Assembly (NCBI GenBank): GCA_044222185.1 | Contig: JBGANV010000001.1 | Span: forward strand, 1,984,001-2,048,000 | Source of the DNA: Planctomycetota bacterium | Lineage (GTDB): Bacteria > Planctomycetota > GCA-002687715 > CAIWVZ01 | Direction of reading: 5' to 3' | DNA length: 64,000 bases | In this document: in pieces, positions 55,515 through 64,000 of the stretch | Numbering within the stretch: position 1 is the stretch's first letter | Layout: each line of letters begins with the position of its first letter | Translations under genes and position numbers: made by a program | The notes under the pieces: model-generated | What the model was told of the DNA's origin: nothing | Database searches by the model: none | What the model saw: the letters and a program-made list of their open reading frames with translations, nothing else

Positions 55515-56219
55515 ATGGAAAAAGCCCTGCTCCTGCTTTCCGGCGGCCTGGACTCGACCGTCGCGGCGTGGCTCGCACGCGAATCCACGCAGCCGGTCCT
55601 GGCCCTGACCGTCGACTACGGCCAGAAGGCCGCGCGGCGAGAACTCGCCGCCAGCTACCTGCTCACGCAGCGGCTCGGCATCCCGTACCGGACGATCTTC
55701 ATCCCTTTCCTTCGTGAGGCGGGCGCCGGAGCCCTCGTCGACCGCACGGCCGAGGTCCCGAAACCCGGCGCGGCCGACCTGGACGACGTCGGAGGCAAGG
55801 CCCGGGAGTCGGCTCGGGCGGTCTGGGTCCCCAATCGAAACGGGGCCATGCTCGCCATGGCCGCAACCTACGCCGAGTGGATGGACGTGAAGCACGTGGT
55901 GGTGGGCTTCAACAAGGAGGAAGCGGCAACGTTTCCCGACAACACCGAAGCCTTTCTGGAAGCGACCAACCACGCCCTGTCGTTCTCCACGTCGAACCAC
56001 GTGACCGTGCTCTCTCCGACGATCCGCATGACGAAGGCCGAGATCGTCCGCGAAGCCATCCGGACGGATTGTCCGATCGAACTCTGCTGGTCGTGTTACT
56101 TGGGAGGCGACCAGCCGTGTGGAACCTGCGAGTCCTGCCGCCGTTTCGACCGGGCTGTCGAAGCAGCCGGGGCCCGCGCCTGGATCGAATCACGCAGACA
56201 GAAGAGGGACGCTCGATGA
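55515..56219 (+). CDS. queC: 7-cyano-7-deazaguanine synthase
   Basis: SGGLDS PP-loop, DYGQ, WVPNRN, FPD, zinc motif WSCY...PCGTCESC. Confidence 0.92.
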   Translation: MEKALLLLSGGLDSTVAAWLARESTQPVLALTVDYGQKAARRELAASYLLTQRLGIPYRTIFIPFLREAGAGALVDRTAEVPKPGAADLDDVGGKARESARAVWVPNRNGAMLAMAATYAEWMDVKHVVVGFNKEEAATFPDNTEAFLEATNHALSFSTSNHVTVLSPTIRMTKAEIVREAIRTDCPIELCWSCYLGGDQPCGTCESCRRFDRAVEAAGARAWIESRRQKRDAR

Positions 56220-56791
56220 AGCCTTGGACCATTCTCACGCTCGCGGCGGTTCTCGCACTCGCCTCCGGCTGCGAGATGACGCGCAAAGAGAACTCTCGCG
56301 ACACCTTCCTGGACCCTGAAATCGCCTCCGTCGCCCTCATCGACGTGGCCGTCGTCCAGCCCGCGGTGGAAGCGCTCGACGCGCCGACCCTCGTGCCGGT
56401 CATCCGCCAGGCCGCCCGCGCATACCTGGTCGGGCAGAAGGACTACTCCGTCGTGGGCGACCCACAGGTCGACAGCGCCGTCGGCGGGATGAATGGAGCC
56501 TCCGACGCATCGGCGCTCGCCCGCGCGGCCGACGCCGATTGCGCCGTGGCGATCCAGATCACGGTGTGGGACACGTCGGCGCTCGTTCCCCGGGGCCGGA
56601 TCTACGCGTCGGGAACGGTCCGAATCGCGGCCCACTCGGACGGTCGCCGCCTCTACGAGCAGGCGTTCGAGAACGAGCTCCTCCTCGCACCGTCCAGCCT
56701 GTCGTCGACGAGCCGCATCGAGCTCCAGAAAGCCATGGCGACGGAGCTGGTGCACAAGATCCTCGCCGGCTTCCCGCGCAAGAAGGCCTGA
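56216..56791 (+). CDS. Hypothetical lipoprotein
   Basis: Lipobox ASGC after a hydrophobic signal; ATGA overlap with queC. Confidence 0.72.
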   Translation: MKPWTILTLAAVLALASGCEMTRKENSRDTFLDPEIASVALIDVAVVQPAVEALDAPTLVPVIRQAARAYLVGQKDYSVVGDPQVDSAVGGMNGASDASALARAADADCAVAIQITVWDTSALVPRGRIYASGTVRIAAHSDGRRLYEQAFENELLLAPSSLSSTSRIELQKAMATELVHKILAGFPRKKA

Positions 56792-56905
56792 GCCCCGCCG
56801 CACCGCGAACGCGGTTTACGCCGCCGCCGTAGACCGCGTTCAAGGTTGCCGATACGCTGGCCGGATCCTGCGGATCCACCGCCGTCGGACCGCGAGTGCA
56901 ACGCG

Positions 56906-59191
56906 ATGCGGCACCTCCTGACGCTCCTTCCCTTCGTCGTCCTTCCGGTCCTGGGTCAGGATTCCGCGCCCTCGTCTGCGGCAGAGGTCAGGGCCGTCAC
57001 GGAATTCGCGAGGCAGTGGTGCGTGCGATGTCACGGTGGCGCCAGGCCCGCGGGCGAACTCGACCTCGTCGCCGCCGTCCCGACGCTGCCGTCAGACCGC
57101 ACCCTCCTCGCGCGGATCCGCGACCGCGTCGCCCGCGGGGAAATGCCCCCGGACGGCGAACCGCGCCCAGAACGTCCGGCGCGACGAGCCTTCCTCGACG
57201 CCACCGCAGCCTGGATCGGTCGTGGCGATCTTGCGTCGCGCCCCTCGCAGGCCGACCCGCCCGCCGCACGCCGGCTGAGTCGGACCGAATACGAGAACAC
57301 GATCCGTGACCTGTGCGGAGTTTCCGTGGACGCGATCCACAAGCTTCCGCCGGAGGACGCGGGCTACGGATTCGACAACGTCGCCGGCGGTCTCACGCTT
57401 GCCCCGGTCGTCTTCGAGCGCTACGCGCAGGTGGCCGAGCTGATCGCCGAGCAGGCCATCGACGCCGAAGACGTCTCGCACCCGGTGGTCCGGCGGTTCG
57501 ACGCGGCCGGCATGGCCTGCTCGCTGACGCCGAGCGTACGCGGCAAGACGTTCCGCGTTCTGTACAGCAACGCCGACCTCACGCAGAAGGTCGTGTTGCC
57601 GCGCGACGGTGAGTACATCGTCCGAGCTCACGCGTTCGGCGATCAAGCGGGGCCCGAACCCGCGCGCATGACCATCGAGATCGACGAGAAGGTCGTTGCG
57701 ACGTTCGACGTGCCGGAATCGCGCCCGACCGCCCCGCCGCGCGAGGCCCGCGCCGTGCTGAAGGGCGGGCCGCGATCCGTTTCCGTCGCGTTCATCAACG
57801 ACTACTACATGGAGAAGGCTCCGAACCCGAAGGACCGCGACCGCAACCTGCTCGTCGAATGGGTGGAGGTCGTCGGCCCCGTGGACCGTCGCGAGCAGCC
57901 GGAGTTCCACACCCACCTTCTCGCCTCCGACGAACCTGCGGCGGCCGTTCGCACGCGCGCCCGGCGGGCCCTCGCGCCGTTCGTCACGCGTGCGTGGCGG
58001 CGGCCGCCGCCGCCGCGCGAGCTCGACCGTCTCGCCGACCTCGTGGAGCAGGCGGTCGGCCGCGGGGCGCGCTTCGAGCAGGGCATCCAGCTCGCGCTCC
58101 AGGCCGTGCTCTTGTCGCCCCGCTTCATCTTTCGCATCGAGGGCGGACCGACGGTTGGAGATCCGGCCACCGGGCGCGGCGTCGATGGGTGGGCCCTGGC
58201 GTCTCGGCTTTCGTACTTCCTTTGGAGCACGCTTCCCGACGCGCGGCTTTTCGCTCTGGCGGAGTCGGGCCGGATCTCCGAGACCGAGACGCTGCGCGCC
58301 GAGGTCCGCCGGATGCTCGCCGACGCCCGCGCCACCGCTCTCGCGACCAACTTCGCACCCCAGTGGCTCGAGATCCGCAACCTCGCTGACGTCACGCCGG
58401 ATGCGCGTCGCTTTCCGGGATTCGACGACGAATTGCGCGACGCCATGGCGCAGGAGGCCCAGCTCTTCTTCGAGGCCGTGCTGCGGGAGAAACGCAGCGC
58501 ATGGGACCTGGTGGACGCGGATTTCACGTTCGTCAACGAACGCCTGGCGCGGCACTACGGCATCCCGGGCGTGCGCGGTCCCCATTTCCGCCGGGTGAAG
58601 CTCACCGGAGAACAGCGGGGCGGGATCATCACGCAGGCGGGCGTTCAGACGATCACGTCCAACCCGACGCGCACGTCGCCGGTCAAGCGGGGCAAATGGC
58701 TCCTCGACAACATCCTCGGTGCATCGCCGCCGCCGCCACCGCCCGGCGCGGGCGCGCTCGACGAATCAGCGGCAGCGGTCAAATCCGCGACCATGCGCGA
58801 ACGCCTCGATCGCCACCGCCGCGACCCGTCGTGCGCGTCGTGCCACGTTCGAATGGACGCGCTCGGTTTCGCCTTGGAGAACTACGACCCCATCGGTCGA
58901 TGGCGAACGACGGACGAAGGCCGCACGCTGGACGTCGGTGGCAAGCTCCCGGACGGCCGGCAGGTCGCGGGCCCCGCCGAGTTGCGGCGCGTCCTCCGCT
59001 CGGACGACTCCTTCTTGCGGTGCCTCGCGTCGAAGCTGTTCACCTATGCGCTCGGCCGTCCGCCCACCGACGACGAATCCCTCGCCATCGAGGACCTCGT
59101 GGCAGGGCTTCCGGCGGAGTCCCCGACGATGGAAGACCTCATTTCGGACCTGGTTCTGTTGGAGGCTTTCCGCGGAAGCGAAGCCCGTTGA
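56906..59191 (+). CDS. DUF1592-family planctomycete cytochrome c domain protein (DUF1587/1595/1592/1588/1585 architecture)
   Basis: CVRCH...MPP, RRLSRTEYENTIRDL, GFDN, RAWRRP, LASRLSYFLWSTLPD, TSPVKRGKW, CASCH, GFALENYD. Confidence 0.9.
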   Translation: MRHLLTLLPFVVLPVLGQDSAPSSAAEVRAVTEFARQWCVRCHGGARPAGELDLVAAVPTLPSDRTLLARIRDRVARGEMPPDGEPRPERPARRAFLDATAAWIGRGDLASRPSQADPPAARRLSRTEYENTIRDLCGVSVDAIHKLPPEDAGYGFDNVAGGLTLAPVVFERYAQVAELIAEQAIDAEDVSHPVVRRFDAAGMACSLTPSVRGKTFRVLYSNADLTQKVVLPRDGEYIVRAHAFGDQAGPEPARMTIEIDEKVVATFDVPESRPTAPPREARAVLKGGPRSVSVAFINDYYMEKAPNPKDRDRNLLVEWVEVVGPVDRREQPEFHTHLLASDEPAAAVRTRARRALAPFVTRAWRRPPPPRELDRLADLVEQAVGRGARFEQGIQLALQAVLLSPRFIFRIEGGPTVGDPATGRGVDGWALASRLSYFLWSTLPDARLFALAESGRISETETLRAEVRRMLADARATALATNFAPQWLEIRNLADVTPDARRFPGFDDELRDAMAQEAQLFFEAVLREKRSAWDLVDADFTFVNERLARHYGIPGVRGPHFRRVKLTGEQRGGIITQAGVQTITSNPTRTSPVKRGKWLLDNILGASPPPPPPGAGALDESAAAVKSATMRERLDRHRRDPSCASCHVRMDALGFALENYDPIGRWRTTDEGRTLDVGGKLPDGRQVAGPAELRRVLRSDDSFLRCLASKLFTYALGRPPTDDESLAIEDLVAGLPAESPTMEDLISDLVLLEAFRGSEAR

Positions 59192-59207
59192 GGGAGTGAG
59201 GATACCG

Positions 59208-60551
59208 ATGGCCAACTTCATCTCGAGGCGCGCCTTGTCTCGCCGGACGTTCCTGCGCGGGATCGGTGCGGCCATCTCTCTCCCGTGGTTGGACGCCATG
59301 ACGCCCGCCCTCGCTCCGTTCGGTGCCCGAAGGCATCGAGGGTCACCTGCGCGGGCCATGTTCGTGTTCCACCCGAACGGCCAGAGTCTCCCCGACTTCT
59401 TCCCTGCCACCGAGGGGACCGATGTCCGGCTTCCGTTCATCCTCGAACCCCTCGAACCCGTGAAGCGGCATCTGACCGTCGTCTCGGGGCTGGGCCTCGA
59501 CGCAGCGCTCGCCCACGGCGACGGCCCGGGCGACCATGCCCGTGCTGCAGCGAGCTTCCTCACGTGCGTGCATCCCAAGAAGACGGGGGGCGCCGACATC
59601 CGCGCGGGCGTCTCCGTCGATCAGCTCATCGCAGCGAAGGTTGGAGGCGCGACGCGCCTCCCGTCGATCGAGATTGGATGCGAGGGAGGCCGCCTCGCCG
59701 GGAACTGCGATTCGGGCTACGCCTGCGCGTACGTGAACAACATCTCCTGGCGCTCGCCCTCGGCGCCGATGACGAAGGAGTCGAGCCCCCGCCGCATCTT
59801 CGAACGGCTCTTCGGAATCGACGCGTCCGCAGCGGATGGCGAGGCACGAGATCGCCGCATGCGCAACCGCCTGTCGATCCTCGATTTCGTGAGGGATGAC
59901 GCCGCGGCCCTGCGCTCATCGCTCGGCTCGGAGGATCGCCCCCGGCTCGACGAGTTCCTCACGTCACTCCGCGAAATCGAGCGGCGCGTCGCAGATCACG
60001 ACGCGGCGGGCAAGCCGCCGCCGGCGCCGGAGTTTCCCGCGGAGATGGACTACCCCACGCATCTGAAGCTGCTCTACGACCTCGCGGCGATGGCGCTGCA
60101 GTCGGATGCGACACGGGTCATCACGCTGATGGTCGCCAACGGCGGAAGCAACCGCAGCTATCCCTTCGCCGGAGCCCGAGACGGGCATCACGATCTGTCT
60201 CACCACGGCGGCGATCCGAAGAAGATCGACGGCGTGAGGCGGATCAATCGCTTCCACGCCGAGAACTTGGCCCGCTTCCTCGCGAAGCTCGACACGACGA
60301 AGGAAGGCGACGGCACCTTGCTCGAGCGATCGACCGTGCTCTACGGTTGTGGAATCGCCGACGGCGATCGCCACGACCACAAGAACCTCCCGATTCTCGT
60401 CGCGGGCGGCGGCACCGCCACGCCGCTGGGCGCCCGCCACTTGCGCGCACCCCTCGGGACGCCCCTCGCGAACCTGCACCTCGCCGTCATGGATCGCATG
60501 AACGTGCGTCAGGCGAGCTTCGCCGACAGCACGGGCCGCATCGAACTCTGA
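59208..60551 (+). CDS. DUF1552 (HxxSHH) Tat-exported protein
   Basis: SRRTFLRG...SLPWLDAM, CDSGYACAY, HHDLSHH; usual partner of DUF1592. Confidence 0.9.
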   Translation: MANFISRRALSRRTFLRGIGAAISLPWLDAMTPALAPFGARRHRGSPARAMFVFHPNGQSLPDFFPATEGTDVRLPFILEPLEPVKRHLTVVSGLGLDAALAHGDGPGDHARAAASFLTCVHPKKTGGADIRAGVSVDQLIAAKVGGATRLPSIEIGCEGGRLAGNCDSGYACAYVNNISWRSPSAPMTKESSPRRIFERLFGIDASAADGEARDRRMRNRLSILDFVRDDAAALRSSLGSEDRPRLDEFLTSLREIERRVADHDAAGKPPPAPEFPAEMDYPTHLKLLYDLAAMALQSDATRVITLMVANGGSNRSYPFAGARDGHHDLSHHGGDPKKIDGVRRINRFHAENLARFLAKLDTTKEGDGTLLERSTVLYGCGIADGDRHDHKNLPILVAGGGTATPLGARHLRAPLGTPLANLHLAVMDRMNVRQASFADSTGRIEL

Positions 60552-60557
60552 CGCGGG

Positions 60558-61670
60558 TCAGAACACGACGTACGAGTTGGCGAGGCCGGGACCGAAGACC
60601 GCGGGAACGAACGTCACGGTCGATCCGGACAGGTCCCATCCGGCGAGGTAGACGGCGTTCACGCCTTCGAGGCCGATCGCGCTGTATCCGGCGAAACTCC
60701 CGCCGAACGCCACGGGTCGCAGGCTCGGGACGACGTGCGGCGGCGCGGCCGATCCACCCTTCGTGATGCCCACGAGCCCGTCACCGCCGATCTGCGTTTG
60801 AAGTCCGGCCGGGTAGTTGAGCGTGATCGCCCCCGTCGCCACGTCGTACTGCGCGGAAAACGTGTTCGACCCGCCGAGCGTGTACTCACCGACCGAGTTG
60901 TAGCGGACGATCCAACCGGTGGGCCCTTCCGTGTAGACGCACGACCCACCGCTCGAGATCAGGAAGTTGTAGTCGTCCCAGTTCGGGGCGATTCGCGGCG
61001 CGCCCGTGTTCATGGCGGCCTGCGTCTCCAGGTACGTGGTCGCGTCGCCGGCGCCGAACGTGATGTTCCCGTTCGAGTTCACGAACATCGACGTGTACGT
61101 CGTGTCGTAGAACGTCGTCGACGAGACGTACGGACCGTGCGTCACGCTGACCGTGGTGTCGTCACCCTGCCCGAGGATCGTGTTGACGCCGCACAGCCCC
61201 GTGAAGGTCGTCGCAGCGCTGAGCGTCAAACCGAACGGCGACGCGGGCGACGCCACGGCGACCTGGAACGTGTTCGTGGACTGCATGTAGGCGTTGCAGA
61301 TCGGGAACGTGAACGAGGCCGTGCCCGTGCCCGTGTTCGCGAGGAGGTCCATGAGCCCGCCTGTCGAGAACGAAAGGCCGTCGGCCCAGATGTGCAGCGG
61401 GTTGGCGAGGTTCAGGTCGACCTGTCCGCCGAATACCGGGATGCCGACGGGCGAGGCGGCACCACTGGTCGCGGCCAGGAGAAAGCCGGCGCTCGGAGCC
61501 CCCGTGACGCTGAAGCTCACCGTCGTCCCGACCGTGTTGGTGATGATCGGCCCGGTGCCCGCGGCCGGGTGGTTGTGGTTGTCGAACACCGCCGTTGCGG
61601 CGGCCGAGTTCGGCTGCTGGGCGACGAGCACACAGGACAGAATTGACACGGCGACGAGGGCGCGATTCAT
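60558..61670 (-). CDS. Secreted protein with an N-terminal beta-sandwich and a NIDO-like domain
   Basis: Signal peptide; GDD...FYDTTYTSMFVNSNGNITFG...IAPNWDD pattern. Confidence 0.72.
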   Translation of the reverse strand: MNRALVAVSILSCVLVAQQPNSAAATAVFDNHNHPAAGTGPIITNTVGTTVSFSVTGAPSAGFLLAATSGAASPVGIPVFGGQVDLNLANPLHIWADGLSFSTGGLMDLLANTGTGTASFTFPICNAYMQSTNTFQVAVASPASPFGLTLSAATTFTGLCGVNTILGQGDDTTVSVTHGPYVSSTTFYDTTYTSMFVNSNGNITFGAGDATTYLETQAAMNTGAPRIAPNWDDYNFLISSGGSCVYTEGPTGWIVRYNSVGEYTLGGSNTFSAQYDVATGAITLNYPAGLQTQIGGDGLVGITKGGSAAPPHVVPSLRPVAFGGSFAGYSAIGLEGVNAVYLAGWDLSGSTVTFVPAVFGPGLANSYVVF

Positions 61671-61833
61671 GGGGAACTCCTTCGTGCGCGAGGTCGTGGC
61701 GACGACTCGCGCCAGGCGGCAGGGCGAACGATCGACGAAATGCGCGGCGAGAAAACGACCGTCGGTGCCCGCCGCGCCGGCGGAGTCTACAGCCGCCTGT
61801 CGGGTGAATTCCACGTTTCGCGCCGCGGTGCGG

Positions 61834-62676
61834 CTACTTCCCAGGCCTGTACAGCTGCACCGGTCCGTTGATGTCGAAGGAGTTTTCGGGGCCCGGGAAA
61901 CGCCCGTTGCGGACGTCATCCGCGTAACGACGAGCGCCTTCGCGAACGACCTGCGAGACGTTGCCGTAACGGCGCGCGTGCTTGGGGAGGAAGTCCTCGT
62001 ACATCCCCATGATGTCGTGGAAGACCTGGACCTGGCCGTCGCAGCCGGGTCCCGCGCCGATGCCGATCGTGGGGATCGTGAGCATCTTCGAGATCTGGTC
62101 TGCGAGTGGAGCCGGCACGAGTTCGAGAACGATGGCGAAGGCGCCAGCCTTCTCCAGCGCCTGGGCGGCGGCCATCAGGCGGTCCGCGGCTTCCTGCGTC
62201 CGGCCCTGGACGCGATATCCGCCGATCATGTGGATCGACTGCGGCGTGAGACCGATGTGCCCCATCACGGGAATGCCGGAGGCGACCAGTGTGCCCACCA
62301 CGGGCGCCATGCGACGCCCACCCTCCACCTTCACGGCCTGCGCGCCACCTTCACTCATCGCGCGTCCCGCCGTGCGAAGGCTCAGCGGAAGATCGGAAGC
62401 CGAATACGTCGCGAAGGGCAGGTCGATGACGATCATGGCGTTCTTCGTGCCGCGCGCGACGGCCGCCGAATGGTGGATCACCATGTCGAGCGTGACGCGG
62501 AGCGTCGAGTCGTGCCCGAGAACCACCATGCCCAACGAGTCGCCCACGAGCATGATGGGCACGCCCACCTCGTCCAGGATCTTCGCCGACGTGTAGTCGT
62601 AGCACGTGACCATGGGGATCTTGGCGCCCTGTTCCTTCATCGTCCGCAGGTCGTGGATCGTCGTGCGATGCGTCAT
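61834..62676 (-). CDS. panB: 3-methyl-2-oxobutanoate hydroxymethyltransferase
   Basis: MVTCYD, LVGDSLGMV, VKVEGG, GHIGLTPQ, TIGIGAG..CDGQVQV. Confidence 0.96.
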   Translation of the reverse strand: MTHRTTIHDLRTMKEQGAKIPMVTCYDYTSAKILDEVGVPIMLVGDSLGMVVLGHDSTLRVTLDMVIHHSAAVARGTKNAMIVIDLPFATYSASDLPLSLRTAGRAMSEGGAQAVKVEGGRRMAPVVGTLVASGIPVMGHIGLTPQSIHMIGGYRVQGRTQEAADRLMAAAQALEKAGAFAIVLELVPAPLADQISKMLTIPTIGIGAGPGCDGQVQVFHDIMGMYEDFLPKHARRYGNVSQVVREGARRYADDVRNGRFPGPENSFDINGPVQLYRPGK

Positions 62677-62836
62677 GTGTGAGCCTTGGGACCGCGCGTC
62701 GCACGGCCCGGACGCGCAGGCTATGCGGGCCGCGCTCCCATGTAAAGCCCGATCGCGTCCACCGAGAACGAAGCGACGCTCCCACGAAACGAAGTTCGCG
62801 AGGGAGCGTCGAGGACGATCGGTCGAGGAGATGGCC

Positions 62837-63922
62837 TCAGATCGGCTGCGCGCGATAGAGGTGAGCCCCCGCCCAGCAGGACTGGTGGCACCACAGGTAG
62901 GAATCGTTCAGGTGATCGACGAGACAGGTCAGGCCCTGAAACGAGTACCCGGCAGGAAGGCCCGAGCCCGCGAGCGCCGCGTTCGCGACGTCGAGGATCT
63001 GGCGAACGGTCAGTCCGTTCAGTGAATCGCCCGGCTTGACGAACACGAGGTCGCCGAATCCGGGCGCGAGTCCGATCTGCCCGGTGTCGCTGTACCGGAC
63101 GTTCAGGGTGAGCCCCGCGACCTCGCGCCCGAGGGTGCCGCCTCCCGAGCTGTAGGACGAGTTCACCGTGTCGGCGCAGAAGGCGCCCGAGGTGCTGCCG
63201 CAACCGCACAAGTAGGCTCGCAGCGCGTACAGGCCGCACCAGTTCGGAGTGAATTTCTTTCCGTTCGGCGGGCACGACCCGGTCGAGAGATCGTAGTCAC
63301 CGACCTCGAGTCCGTTGGGAAAGCGCGACGCGTAGGTGCAGTTGAGGAGTTGCGAAAGGCTGCACGAGCTGCCCCATTGACACCGCGTGTAGGTGCAGAA
63401 CGGTGGCGACGACGGCGGAACGCCGTTGGGGGGACCGGGAGGATCGAATCCCATCACGAGCGAGATGCCGTTGGAGACGAAGCCCGAGAGCGAGTCGATC
63501 TGAACCGAGCCGGGGCCGGTGCCGGCTATGAAGCACTGGGCGTAACAGACGGCGCCAGGTGTGAAACCAACGAGGTAGACGGTGGGGATCGTGACCAGGA
63601 ACTCGCCTTTCGGGCCCGTCACCCCTGTGAACACGTAGCCCGTGGTGTCCGCCCACTGGAGGCAGTCACCGCCCAGGCTGCGCGGCGCCCACGAAGGCGG
63701 AGGACTGACCCACAACGCGATCGACGCATTCGGATGATCGCTCGTCACGAACATCGTCATGTCGCTGGTGAGGAGCGGTAGCGTCGAGTTGAGGTTCGGG
63801 AATGGTGATCCGCACGCACCACCAAGCTGCAGGACCTGCGCATCCTGAGCACACAACGTCGCGGAGAGGAGCGCAGCGATCAGGACGTGACGGCGAACGG
63901 GGTGGACGGCGAGCTTGGACAT
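62837..63922 (-). CDS. Secreted Cys-rich hypothetical protein
   Basis: Signal peptide (LIAALLSATLCAQ), N-terminal beta-sandwich ending YAQ...VSNGISL, Pro linker, FCTYT...WG C-terminal domain. Confidence 0.68.
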   Translation of the reverse strand: MSKLAVHPVRRHVLIAALLSATLCAQDAQVLQLGGACGSPFPNLNSTLPLLTSDMTMFVTSDHPNASIALWVSPPPSWAPRSLGGDCLQWADTTGYVFTGVTGPKGEFLVTIPTVYLVGFTPGAVCYAQCFIAGTGPGSVQIDSLSGFVSNGISLVMGFDPPGPPNGVPPSSPPFCTYTRCQWGSSCSLSQLLNCTYASRFPNGLEVGDYDLSTGSCPPNGKKFTPNWCGLYALRAYLCGCGSTSGAFCADTVNSSYSSGGGTLGREVAGLTLNVRYSDTGQIGLAPGFGDLVFVKPGDSLNGLTVRQILDVANAALAGSGLPAGYSFQGLTCLVDHLNDSYLWCHQSCWAGAHLYRAQPI

Positions 63923-64000
63923 CGAGTGGTTGGCTCCGTTGGTGAATGACCTGCGAGTGTCGGGGCCGACGCCTCGAATTGCGGCCCCGTCGAGCGGAGA

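Noticed and set aside
54542-56219. QueC plus ATPase as a defence system (QatABCD, type IV CBASS, Dpd)
   Set aside because: QueC looks canonical in length and motifs, is divergent from an ordinary ParA, and has no TGT, TatD or cyclase partners.
1-64000. CRISPR array, rRNA, tRNA, IS transposase or integrase
   Set aside because: No regularly spaced repeats, RNA gene signatures or DDE/tyrosine recombinase motifs were seen by eye.

Overview
GC-rich bacterial DNA, probably Planctomycetota (inferred from an ASPIC/UnbV-type protein, an ECF sigma/Ser-Thr kinase pair, the DUF1592+DUF1552 pair and FG-GAP secreted proteins). 1-8.4 kb is ordinary: an Mla/MCE lipid ABC transporter, fabZ, an Rrf2 regulator and an RluA-family synthase. 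8.4-23 kb is a rearranged accessory region with an astacin protease and its paralog, a kinase-FGE protein, an ECF sigma, AAA/DUF4143 remnants, an intact AAA/DUF4143 gene behind a perfect 18-bp palindrome, and duplicated or broken genes. 23-27.5 kb holds a B12 radical SAM enzyme and a C25 peptidase. The centrepiece (27.6-54.5 kb) is an apparently complete trans-envelope electron-transfer locus: a CbcL-like 11-heme/cytochrome b fusion, an 18-heme NapC/NirT-type protein, two tandem Rieske-cytochrome b-nonaheme modules, a c554-like tetraheme, a 13-heme cytochrome, a beta-barrel porin, a divergent OmcA/MtrC-type decaheme lipoprotein and System II heme maturation genes (72 canonical CxxCH plus 2 atypical motifs, counted by eye). 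In the second bc module both the Rieske protein and cytochrome b appear to carry a cytoplasmic DAHP-synthase-type ferredoxin-like (ACT-like) domain, and its PEWY motif is altered to RPWY. A broken matrixin gene and an FG-GAP gene sit between the decaheme and the maturation genes. The end of the window has a ParA-family ATPase, queC, DUF1592/DUF1552, panB and secreted proteins. No rRNA, tRNA, CRISPR array or transposase was recognised. All family calls come from reading motifs, not from database searches.
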